Shown one piece after another: positions 11,560 through 20,000 of a DNA stretch of 20,000 nt. This DNA comes from Chiloscyllium plagiosum (taxonomy: Eukaryota). A model generated the notes under the pieces. The model was not told the origin of the DNA and ran no database searches. It saw only the letters and a program-made list of their open reading frames with translations. Every line of letters begins with the position of its first letter. Position 1 is the stretch's first letter. The position numbers and the translations under genes were made by a program. The stretch spans positions 10,131,089 to 10,151,088 of the forward strand of contig NC_057754.1 in assembly GCF_004010195.1 (NCBI RefSeq), in the 5' to 3' direction.

Positions 11560-12510
11560 CATCATAGAGCATGGAAACAGATCCTTCCGTCTAAGCAGAC
11601 CATGCCAAACATAATCTCAAACTAAACTAGTCTCATCTGTCTGCTCCTGGCCCATTTCCCTTCAAACCTTTCCTATTCATGATCTTATCCAAATGTCTTT
11701 TAGACATTGTAATTCAACCACTTCCTCAGCAAGTTCTTTCCACATGAACCACCCTCTGTGCAAAGAAATTGCCCCCATATCATTTTAAATCTCTCCTTTC
11801 ACCTTAAAAATGTGTCCCCTTGTCTTGAAATCCCTCATCCTAGGGAAAGGACAGCTTCCATTAACCCTACATATGCCCTTCATGGTTTTATAAACGTCTA
11901 TAGTCACCCCTCAATCTCCTACGCTTCAATGAAAAACTCTCAATAACTCAAACCTTCCATACCCAGCAACATCCCGGTAAATCTTTTTTTGAACCTTTTT
12001 AATAATATCCTTCCTGTAATTGGGCGCCCAGAACTGGACACGGTACTCTAGAAGAGGCCTCACCAATGTCTTGTACAACCTCAACGTGACATCCCAACTC
12101 AAACTCTCAATAACTCAAACCTTCCATACCCAGCAACATCCCGGTAAATCTTTTTTTGAACCTTTTTAATAATATCCTTCCTGTAATTGGGCGACCAGAA
12201 CTGGACACGGTACTCTTGAAGAGGCCTCACCAATGTCTTGTACAACCTCAACGTGACATCCCAACTCCTATCCTCAAAATGACGGAGCAAGGAAGGTAAG
12301 CATGCTAAATGCCTTTTTATCCACCCTATCTATATGTGATGCAAACATCAAAGAATTGTATACCTGAACCCCTTGGTCCCTCTGCTGTACAACAGTACCT
12401 AAGGCCCTAGTAATAATTGTATAAGTCCTACCCCGTTTGTTGTACCAAAATGCAATACTCACATTTATCCAGATTGAACTCCATCTGCAATTTTGCAGCC
12501 CCTTGACCCA
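11560..12510 (-). mobile_element. 5'-truncated HER1/CR1-type LINE (antisense) with an internal 167-bp tandem duplication
   Basis: Antisense tail CATAGAGCATGGAAACAGA. Translations SWDVTLRLYKTLVRPLQEYRVQFWSPNYRKDIIK and GRTYTIITRALGTVVQQRDQGVQV. Confidence 0.9.
11934..12267. repeat. Tandem duplication, 2 x 167 bp
   Basis: 11934-12100 and 12101-12267 differ at only two positions (GCGCCCAG/GCGACCAG and CTCTAGA/CTCTTGA). Confidence 0.95.
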
Positions 12511-12629
12511 TGAATAAGAAGTTTGCAGCTGTTACAAATAAAAAAATGGTTGAGTGCTTCTTACTGAAAATAAAAGTTGCAAATTACATGGAGATAACAA
12601 TGGACTAGTCAGTTGGGAACATTACGAAT

Positions 12630-13045
12630 TTGTCCCATCAAACTTGCTCCACCATCCCATTAATTCGTGAATGGTCTGACTTCCTGTTTCTTGTTGATTA
12701 ACAATCTGTTTATCTCATCCTTAAAAATATTCAATAACTCAGCCTGCACAGCTCTCTACCCAAACATGCACAAATCTTTGAGAGAAGAACTTCCTCTTCG
12801 TCTCTGTCTCAAATCAGAGTTTATTTCTAAACCACGTTAACCTGTTCTAGATTCCCCAACTCTCAGCAGCTAACCTGTCAGGCCTCAGCAGAATCTTACA
12901 TTTTTATGAGATTACCACTCATGTTTTTAAACCGGATATGGACCCAAATCTATCCTCATCCGATAATCCTTTCATCCCTGGAATTGGCCTCTGAACCTTC
13001 TCTGCAAGGTTTTCAATGCAAATATAGCCCTGCTTACTATTGAGA
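12630..13045 (-). mobile_element. Decayed CR1-type LINE 3' fragment
   Basis: Antisense C-terminal pattern (ATCTCATCCTTAAAAATATTCAATAACTCAGCCTGCACAGCTCTC..GAGAGAAGAACTTCCTCTTCGTCTC). Confidence 0.55.
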
Positions 13046-13919
13046 CTGTGACAGGACGAATACGCTGGTCATCAAGCTCTATTACCCCATCAGTCACACC
13101 ACTTGTGTAAATGCATCAATGTGATCCCCAAAAGCAGCCAATTAATTTCCGTCTGTACTACTATCCAGAACAGAGGAGACATTCCCAGGCTTCTTTGAAA
13201 ATAAATACTTAATCAATTTATTACAAAACCAAACTAACTCTTAAAACCAGTGGCAAACACAAGTTAACATCCAATCTATAATCTGGAATAGCAACTATAT
13301 CCCCATTTCTTAAGGGCACACTCACACAACACAAAAAAACTGCAAAGATTAACTTCTTATAAAAGGAAAGGACCAAGAGTCTGAAACCAAAGGACAGCCA
13401 CAGGATGGAAGATCTTTCATTTGTTTTGAAATCAAACTGGATTAAGGGTTTGGGAAGTGGTAACAGCTCAGCTTTTCAGGGTTATAGTCAGAAATATTAA
13501 TATTTGGAAACGCAGTCTGTTCAAAATCCATGTTTTTTCAATAACTCAGTGCCATAAACCATGTCTCCTATCTCCCTTAAAACTTTTATCATTGTCTCCT
13601 GTCATTTGACTTTCTGCATTGAGCAGATAAACCACAGCATACTCTGAACGAGACATTATTTTCCAAAGAAACCACACAGTAAAAACCCTTTTAATTCCAC
13701 AAATTGTCTGAACAGTTCCATATCTTTCAGTGATTCACATAATTCACACTGTAGGGATTCTATGATATGATTCCATAAATATGAATATATATTCCCAACA
13801 CCCGAGGTGCATTCCTACAAATGCCTTGTACTTTTACAATGAGACATGCAATAAGAGTTAACAATCCAAATGTCTTAATGATTATTTGATGAATGTACAC
13901 ACACTTTGTTATAGAAGGA

Positions 13920-14360
13920 TGCCAAGATCTAGCTGAACTGCAGTTTTCTGCCATCCCTTTCCATATTTTGCTTCTCTATTCTTTGCACCAAGTGGAAATC
14001 CCACATTTATGCTTGATCTGTCTTTTCTTTCCCTTACTCCCTATGTTACTTTGTACATCCTGTGTAAGCTCCTCACATCTTGCTCAGCAGCTTTAGCTTG
14101 TTGATCCCTTCATCCATCTTAGTAGTTTAAAATTACAAATCATTGAGATTCCGACACTTTTAAGGCACTCCACCTTAAATGTTTACCAACCTGAAAATTA
14201 TCCAACTATCAGGCTGCTGTACATGAACCAACCCCACAATCGATAATATATTACTGCCAACATGAGCATATACTTTGCACAGAAACCTTTTTACATGGCA
14301 TCTTTTGAATGCTTTTTGAAAAGTCAAACATGCATCTAGTCTTCTTTCCCCTTGTCACAT
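13920..14360 (-). mobile_element. Decayed CR1 RT fragment
   Basis: Minus strand GACTTTTCAAAAAGCATTCAAAAGATGCCATG is a decayed DF.KAFDKVPH, with downstream RT-like remnants. Confidence 0.5.
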
Positions 14361-14480
14361 CCTATAAGAGATCCAAGCTCCTTATTCTTCTTGGAGGGGA
14401 GGATTGAGGAAACTGGGAAGAAGGAAAGCCCCTCTCAAGGAAGTGACATATGTTAGTGACATTAAAATTTCACAACACTG

Positions 14481-14486
14481 TTTATT
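14481..14486 (-). other. Candidate polyadenylation signal of the ZNF gene
   Basis: AATAAA on the minus strand ~135 nt downstream of the stop codon, followed by GT/T-rich sequence. Confidence 0.5.
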
Positions 14487-14620
14487 TAACACTGAGTTGA
14501 TTTGGTTTCTGACTAGAATTAATATTCCTAAAAAGTGGGTTGATGTTTTTAACCTCAGCAGTAAGAGATCCCAATGAACATTGTTCAGCCTTGAATGTGA
14601 TTGTCATGAAGGTCCCATCA

Positions 14621-15493
14621 TTACAGTTTGTGAATTTGCTGGTGCCGCAACAGAGTGGATGAGTGAGCAAATCTCTTCCCACACACAGAGCAGATGAATG
14701 GTCTCTCCCCAGTGTGAATTCGCTGATGGGTGAGCAGAGTAGATGACTGAGTAAATGCCTTCCCACACTCCGGACAGGTGAATGGCCTCTCTCCGGTGTG
14801 AACTAGCCGATGTTGCAGCAGGTCAGTTGACCGAGTGAACCCCTTCCCACATTCCGGGCAGGTGAATGGCCTCTGCCCAGTGTGAACCTGTTGGTGTTTC
14901 AGCAGATTGGATGAATTAGTGAATCCTTTCCCACACTCAGGGCAGGTGAATGGCCTCTCCCCAGTGTGAGTGTGCCGATGAGTCAGCAGGCGGGATGACC
15001 GAGTGAATCCCTTCCCACATTCTGTACAGGTGAATGGGCTTTCCCCAGTGTGAGTGCGCTGGTGCACAGTGAGGTCAGATAATTGCCTGAACCCATTCCC
15101 ACAATAACAGCACCTGAACGGTCTCTCGTCAGTGTGAACACGTTGATGACGCATCAGTTCTCCAGAACTTTTAAAGCTCTTCCCACATTCTGGGCATGTA
15201 AATGGTCTCTGGTCAGAATGAACTCGCTGGTGAGCCAATAGGTTGCATGACAAAGTGAACCCTTTCCCACACTCAGAGCAGGTAAATGGCCTCTCCCCAG
15301 TGTGACTGCGCCGATGAGATTCCAGCTCAACTGGATAATTGAATCCCTTCCCACAGTCTCCACATTTCCAAGGTTTCTCCTCAGTGTGACTGGATTTGTG
15401 CTGCAACAGTTCAGATGATTGGTTGAACCCTTGTCCACACACAGAACATGTGTACACTTTCTCTCTGCTGCGAATGCTGCAATTTCCTTCCAT
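14621..15493 (-). CDS. Tandem C2H2 (Kruppel-type) zinc-finger protein, 10 fingers, 290 aa, no effector domain
   Basis: Uninterrupted ORF with 10 CxxC..F.....L..H...H fingers and TGERP-type linkers. ATG at 15493 is in Kozak context AACATGG. The coding exon has a strong acceptor (TCTTTCACTCTCTTTTCTCTGTTTTTATAG|, exon starts at 15602). Confidence 0.93.
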   Translation of the reverse strand: MEGNCSIRSREKVYTCSVCGQGFNQSSELLQHKSSHTEEKPWKCGDCGKGFNYPVELESHRRSHTGERPFTCSECGKGFTLSCNLLAHQRVHSDQRPFTCPECGKSFKSSGELMRHQRVHTDERPFRCCYCGNGFRQLSDLTVHQRTHTGESPFTCTECGKGFTRSSRLLTHRHTHTGERPFTCPECGKGFTNSSNLLKHQQVHTGQRPFTCPECGKGFTRSTDLLQHRLVHTGERPFTCPECGKAFTQSSTLLTHQRIHTGERPFICSVCGKRFAHSSTLLRHQQIHKL

Positions 15494-16062
15494 GTTCAAA
15501 ATCCAATGATATCTAAGTCACGATAAACTGGGCTGCTCGGTCAGGTCCTGACGTGATGTTCAGTTTGGGTTTCCAGACCGCAAATCTTTCCCTTCCAAAA
15601 GTCTATAAAAACAGAGAAAAGAGAGTGAAAGATGACCCACTAAAACACAAAATCAGATTGTGAAGTTGATCTGAATGAACCTGGTCATTTGTGGGGCTAG
15701 GATTAGGGAAGTGACCATAAGAACAGTCAGTACCATAAAAACTCAACAGTCACTCATTTCTACCAGAGAAATGTCTGGCTCGACACAAGGTTTTGACGTC
15801 AATGGGAAGAGAGACAAGAGAGAGAAGTGGAACAGGCAAAGGACAACAGAGACAATTTTATATCTACAACTCAATCAGCACTTTGGCAGACTCTTCCAAT
15901 TTCAACCTCTGCCTGTAAGGACCTGAGCAGCAGCTAAATTATCTTTCAGATCGCTCTAACTTGTCTGACTTCCAGTTATGAATGAGCCGAAATATCTTCT
16001 ATTTAAATATTTTCTTCAGTTTCCAGAATAAACACCCCTATTGAGGATACACTGAACTGATG

Positions 16063-16593
16063 GAACAGGAGAATCGACATTTCCGGCATGAGCCCTTCTT
16101 CAGGAACGAGGAAAGTGTGTCCAGTAGGCTAAGATAAAAGGTAGGGAGGAGGGACTTGGGGGAGGGGCGATGGAAATGCGATAGGTGGAAGGAGGTCAAG
16201 GTAAGGGTGATAGGCCGGAGTGGGGGTGGGAGCAGAGAGGTCAGGAAGAAGATTGCAGGTTAGGAAGGCGGTGCTGCATCCTTGCAAGAGGATTCGCAGT
16301 AGGTTAAAATCTTCGAGGGGAAAGTGAGGCACTGCCTTCCTAACCTGCAATCTTCTTCCTGACCTCTCCGCTCCCATCCCCACTCCAGCCTATCACCCTC
16401 ACCTTGACCTCCTTCCACCTATCGCATTTCCAATGCCCCTCTCCCAAGTCCCTCCTCCCTACCTTTTATCTTAGCCTGCTGGACACACTCTCCTCATTCC
16501 TGAAGAAGGGCTCATGCCCGAAACGTCGGTTCTCCTGCTCCTTGGATGCTGCCTGACCTGCTGCGCTTTTCCAGCAACACATTTTCAGCTTTC
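16063..16593. mobile_element. PLE insertion with inverted pLTR arms, flanked by a 15-bp TSD
   Basis: TACACTGAACTGATG at 16048-16062 and 16594-16608. Inverted arms 16062-16274 and 16329-16541 differ by about 15 mismatches by manual count. The 54-nt spacer is also PLE sequence (cf. 4990-5027). Confidence 0.88.
16500..16527 (+). ncRNA. Minimal hammerhead-ribozyme-like motif in a PLE pLTR
   Basis: CTGAAGA-A-GGGC-TCAT-GCCC-GAAA-C-GTC gives a CUGANGA/GAAA core, a 4-bp stem II and a palindromic ACGU helix III. Stem I is weak. A mutated antisense copy lies at 16076-16103. Confidence 0.6.
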
Positions 16594-16632
16594 TACACTG
16601 AACTGATGTCTTATTTAACTCCCAACTGACTT

Positions 16633-16902
16633 TGACCACAATTTTGTATTATCATCCAGGTTGCCCACTTCTATCAAAGTAACATAACTCAACTTGTCCT
16701 CTGCCTCAGCTCATCTATTTCTGAAACACTGATGCGTTCCTTTGTTACGAGACAAGTATACTTCCTGACTGGTGTCCTACACTCAACCCCTTAGAAACTT
16801 GCAATAATCAATATCTCTGCTGCTGATGACATCGGTGACTAAATTTCATTCATGTCCCCATCACCACTTTCCACATTCATCATACACAGGCTCCCAGTCT
16901 CA
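16633..16902 (+). mobile_element. Decayed L2-type LINE ORF2 fragment
   Basis: Decayed coding for L.PCLS...ETL..FVT / AGLP.STL.KL..IQNSAA / SPITP..LHWLPV (CTCTGCCTCAGCTCATCTATTTCTGAAACACTGATGCGTTCCTTTGTTAC). Confidence 0.65.
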
Positions 16903-17139
16903 ATCATCCCCAACCCCCCACCCCCATTAGCACTGTCCACACTGACCCACACAGGTTCCTGGTTTCTCAATCCCCCACCACACGGTCCTCAGGGACTTAC
17001 ACAGGCTCATAATCAAGCAGCACCTCAATTTGGACCCTTACCCTTCTTTTCAAACCCCCGCCCCACCTTGCCCATTCCTGTTTTCAGTCAGACTGATGTT
17101 TGAATTGATTAACAAAGACAAAGAAACATCCCGCTCCTG

Positions 17140-17315
17140 TGGGACCGAGTGACTGACTGACTCAGATCTTGATGAGAGACTTGGATCGAGCTCCCTGTCT
17201 TCAAATTCCGCAGTCTATGAAAAAGTAATCCCTGTGAGTCCAAGTCTAAAACTGCGGATAAGACAAACATTTCTGTTGGCTGGAGTTCGCTGGGTGTCAG
17301 TCCTCTCCTAACCCC
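17140..17315 (-). other. Candidate 5'-UTR exon(s) of the ZNF gene, containing a copy of the ZNF leader segment
   Basis: Acceptor-like sites TCTTTAATTTTTCAG| (17315) and TTACTTTTTCATAG| (17214). Sequence after 17214 resembles the leaders at 15602-15494 and 2184-2289. No clear donor was identified. Confidence 0.45.
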
Positions 17316-17345
17316 CTGAAAAATTAAAGATGCACATGCGCCCCG

Positions 17346-17564
17346 ATAAAGATGGCCGCCGCGCAGACCGTCGCCTCTATAAAGATGGCCGCCGCGCAGA
17401 CCGTCGCCTGTATAAAGATATCGCCGCGCAGACCGTCGCCTGTATAAAGATGTCGCCGCGCAGACCGTCGCCTCTATAAAGATGGCCGCCGCGCAGACCG
17501 TCACCTCTATAAAGATGGCCGCCGCGCAGACTGTCGCCTCTATAAAGATGGCCGCCGGGCAGAC
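17346..17564. repeat. CpG-rich minisatellite, ~6.7 units of 32-33 bp (ATAAAGATGGCCGCCGCGCAGACCGTCGCCTCT) with YY1-type motifs
   Basis: Units start at 17346, 17379, 17412, 17444, 17476, 17509 and 17542. Five carry AAGATGGCCGCC (GCCATCTT on the minus strand). Confidence 0.95.
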
Positions 17565-17831
17565 ATTTTGTTAACTGTTGCCCCAAATAAAGATGCCAGG
17601 CCACCAAAGACAAGTAACCATGTCCCAGTCTGTCACAAACATAGGGCCTGCAGCATCTAGTTCACGTTTGAACACCTTCCAGATGTTTATAAATCCTGAA
17701 AGTCCACATTGGTTCTATTACTACACTCGCTTTCTTTTCCTGACCCAGTCCTGATAAAGAGTCCTGCCGACTCTTCCGATGCTACTTGACCTGCTTGCTA
17801 CGCTTTTTCCCACTTCCACATTTTATCGACT

Positions 17832-18070
17832 TCTCACCATTCTCCATCTCCTTCCTTCTCGGACTCCTCGCGCTTCCATCAGACAGCAGTGCGCCTGCGC
17901 AGGGATTCGGGTGTGAGGTCATGTGATAGCATCGTGCACCTTGATTGGTAGGAGGACAACCAGTGCCTGAGTCCTCCAGCTCCGCCCCAGAATTGTTCTG
18001 GGGCAGGAGGACATTGAGCCCATTGTGGCAACACGAGCCCTCCGACTGAGTACTTGGACTGCATTCCAAT
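17832..18070 (-). promoter_or_regulatory. Putative promoter and first exon of the minus-strand ZNF gene
   Basis: Clustered motifs: NRF1-like TGCGCCTGCGCA (17890-17901), USF/TFE-like E-box GTCATGTGA (17918-17926), CCAAT on the minus strand (TGATTGG 17942-17948), GC box CTCCGCCCC (17980-17988), and a splice donor ATG|GTGAGA at 17838/17837. Confidence 0.65.
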
Positions 18071-18299
18071 CGCCTGCATGTTTCCCTCTAACCCTGCACA
18101 TTGTTTCCCCTTCTTAAATAAACCCAACGCTCCATCGAATGCTGCTAATAAACCTGTTCTGCACTGCAGTTCCAGATCCTAAATGCACGCTGCGTGACAA
18201 AGTTTATTCTCACCTTGCATTTGCTTATTTGCAAAACACTCTACAACGTTTCTCTCTGCTTACTGATCCATTTCCGAGCGGCAGTGGCTTCTCCCCATC

Positions 18300-18446
18300 T
18301 ACTCTGTCCAGACCCCCTCATGATATGGAGGTGCCGACGTTGTGTGATTTTTAACATTTTATTAAATCTCTCCTCAGCCTTCTCTTTAAGGAAAATAGTC
18401 ACAATTTCTCCAATCTTTCCTTATAACTGAAACGTTTCATCCCTGT
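18300..18446 (-). mobile_element. Decayed CR1-type LINE fragment
   Basis: Antisense FSYKERLEKL.LFSL..RLRRDLI pattern (TTAAATCTCTCCTCAGCCTTCTC..TTTCTCCAATCTTTCCTTATAACTGAA). Confidence 0.55.
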
Positions 18447-18800
18447 CCTGATGACAGGTCTGCATTAAATGCAACCATTTCGAAAGAGGGGGGAATGGAC
18501 AGCAGGGAGAACTTGCGACTGCCAAGGAAGGAGAAATAGGAATATATATTTTCTCACTTGGACTGATCATGATGAATTCTTTAATCTTCTTTCACATAGG
18601 GATTGAAGGTAAACTTTTGTTAACAGGGCAACTGAAATCTTCACCTCAACAGATGTTTTACTGCAGTTGTGTGGGGCAGTGTTTCTAAACTTTGTCTCAC
18701 ACTATCTCAACGGTGCAGTGCATGTAGGTTGTTCAGCGTGCGTGTGTGGGAACTGATTGTATGTGAGTGTGGGTTCTAATGTTCTCTGTGTGTGGTAGTG

Positions 18801-20000
18801 CAGGTCTGCTCTGGGGTCGGTGATTCACCCTGACCAAACCTGTGCTGTACCGGGCAGGAAGATTGTTGAGAGTCTTGCACTCCTCAGGGATACGAACGCC
18901 TACATGCAGGACAGATGGTTGATCAGCCTGGACTAGGAGAAAGCCTTTGACAGGATATCACACAGGTATATGAGAGATGTTCTCTCCAAAATGGGCTTTG
19001 GGGAGGGGATCTGCAATTGGATCAGACTGCTCTACACCAACAGTGTCAATGCAGTCTCAATCAATGTGTGGGAATCAGATAGCTTCCCAGTCAGATCTGG
19101 AGTCAGGCAGGGCTGCTCTATCTCTCCTGCCTTGTTTGTATGCTGCATAGAGCCATTTGCCGAGTCCATCAGGAAGGATGCGAGCCTGAGAGGGGTGACT
19201 ATTCCTGGCAGTGGGGGCCTGCAGGTTAAGGCCTCCCTGTACATGGATGACGTCGCCGTTTTCTGCTCGGATCCGCTGTCCGTGCGCAGACTCACATGCA
19301 TATGTGACCAATTCGAATGGGCCTCGGTGGCCAAGGGTAAACCGAGGCAAGAACAAGGCCATGCTCTTATGGAACTGGGCCGACCAATCCTCGATCACCT
19401 TCACCGTCAGGACCGACCACCTGAAGGTGCTGGGTATTTGGTTCGGGGGTTATGTGGCGTGCGCCAAGTCTTGGGAGGAGCGTATCAGCAAAGTGAGGCA
19501 GAAACTGGGCAGATGGAAGCTACGGTTGCTCTCCATCGCGGGAAAAAACCTGGTCATCAGGTGTGAGGCACTGTCATTGCTGTTATACGTGGCACAAGTC
19601 TGGCCTATTCCCAGAACCTGTGCCGCTGCAGTCACCCAGGCCATCTTCCAGTTTATATGGAGGTCAAAGATGGACCGGGTCCGAAGGGACTCACTGTATA
19701 AAGATCTGGGCAACGGGGGAAAAAATACACCCAATGCCAACCTGACCCTGATGGCCAGCTTTGTGTATGGCTGCATCAAGCTGTGCGTGGATCCCCGGTA
19801 CACAAACACCAAGTGTCACTACGTACTGAGGTTCTACCTGCCACCGGTGTTGCGAAGGATGGGCCTGGCCTCGCTGCCACGGAACGCTCCGAGTAGTTGG
19901 ACCGATCCGTATCACCTGTCCATCGTGGAGAAGTTTATGAAGAAAAACACCTTTGACCAAAAGTCCATCAGGAAGTGGTCAGCACATAGTGTCCTTGAGA
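18801..20000 (+). mobile_element. 5'-truncated Tx1-clade (L1-group) non-LTR retrotransposon, ORF2 RT region, inactivated; runs off the window
   Basis: Reads SVIHPDQTCAVPGRKI, ISLD*EKAFDRISH (TAG at 18934), GVRQGCSISPALF and YMDDV. After a +1 frameshift near 19335 the frame VNRGK..HLKVLGIWFGG..LSIAGKNLVIRCE..FIWRSKMDRV stays open to the window end. Confidence 0.9.

Larger units (their letters stand above)
11400..12620 (+). mobile_element. Old CR1 RT fragment split by the antisense LINE at 11560-12510
   Basis: Left part has WI.NW / DW..V.S.VP..SVL-like decayed sequence. The right part resumes AAGTTTGCAGCTGTTACAAA (decayed KFADDTK). Confidence 0.5.

Noticed and set aside
13048..13750. Possible solo LTR starting TGTGACA
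   Set aside because: No convincing terminal inverted repeat, TSD or second copy is visible.
14482..15438. Overlapping alternative-frame ORFs (94 aa each)
   Set aside because: These are typical shadow frames of zinc-finger repeats.
15494..15499. ORF-track start at TTG 15499
   Set aside because: Non-ATG start. The ATG at 15493 has good Kozak context and matches the paralog start MEGK.
17378..17547. Repeated TATAAA as TATA boxes
   Set aside because: They are part of the minisatellite unit and oriented opposite to the ZNF gene, with no supporting downstream gene.
17346..17564. CRISPR-like array or the repetitive ORFs (RGGHLYRGDG)n
   Set aside because: The units are contiguous with no unique spacers, the context is eukaryotic, and the ORFs are a by-product of the 33-bp period.
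17745..17830. Additional hammerhead (CTGATAAAGAGTCC..)
   Set aside because: It looks like a decayed PLE remnant, but the GAAA core and stem II are lost.
18970..19566. Functional 198-aa reverse transcriptase gene
   Set aside because: It is a fragment between a premature stop and a frameshift of a truncated Tx1 ORF2.

Overview
This is vertebrate genomic DNA, most likely an elasmobranch (shark), inferred from an HE1-type SINE, HER1/CR1-type LINEs and shark-type Penelope-like repeats. It lies in a C2H2 zinc-finger gene cluster. There is one intact 10-finger, fingers-only ZNF gene on the minus strand (CDS 14621-15493), with a plausible CpG-rich promoter and first exon at ~17830-18070, and a convergent, decayed ~11-finger ZNF pseudogene on the plus strand (2184-3237). 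Most of the rest is nested retroelement debris: CR1/HER1, L2, HE1 SINE, Penelope-like elements with hammerhead-like cores, and a 5'-truncated Tx1-clade element at the right edge. The most notable observations are a 33-bp CpG-rich VNTR of YY1-type motifs in the ZNF 5' region; an inverted-repeat Penelope insertion with a 15-bp TSD and two hammerhead-like cores in the predicted ZNF intron; an exact 30-nt templated patch replacing part of a LINE 3' tail; and three in-phase copies of a ZNF leader segment. I found no clear novel multi-gene system. Repeat family names come from recognition, not from database searches.
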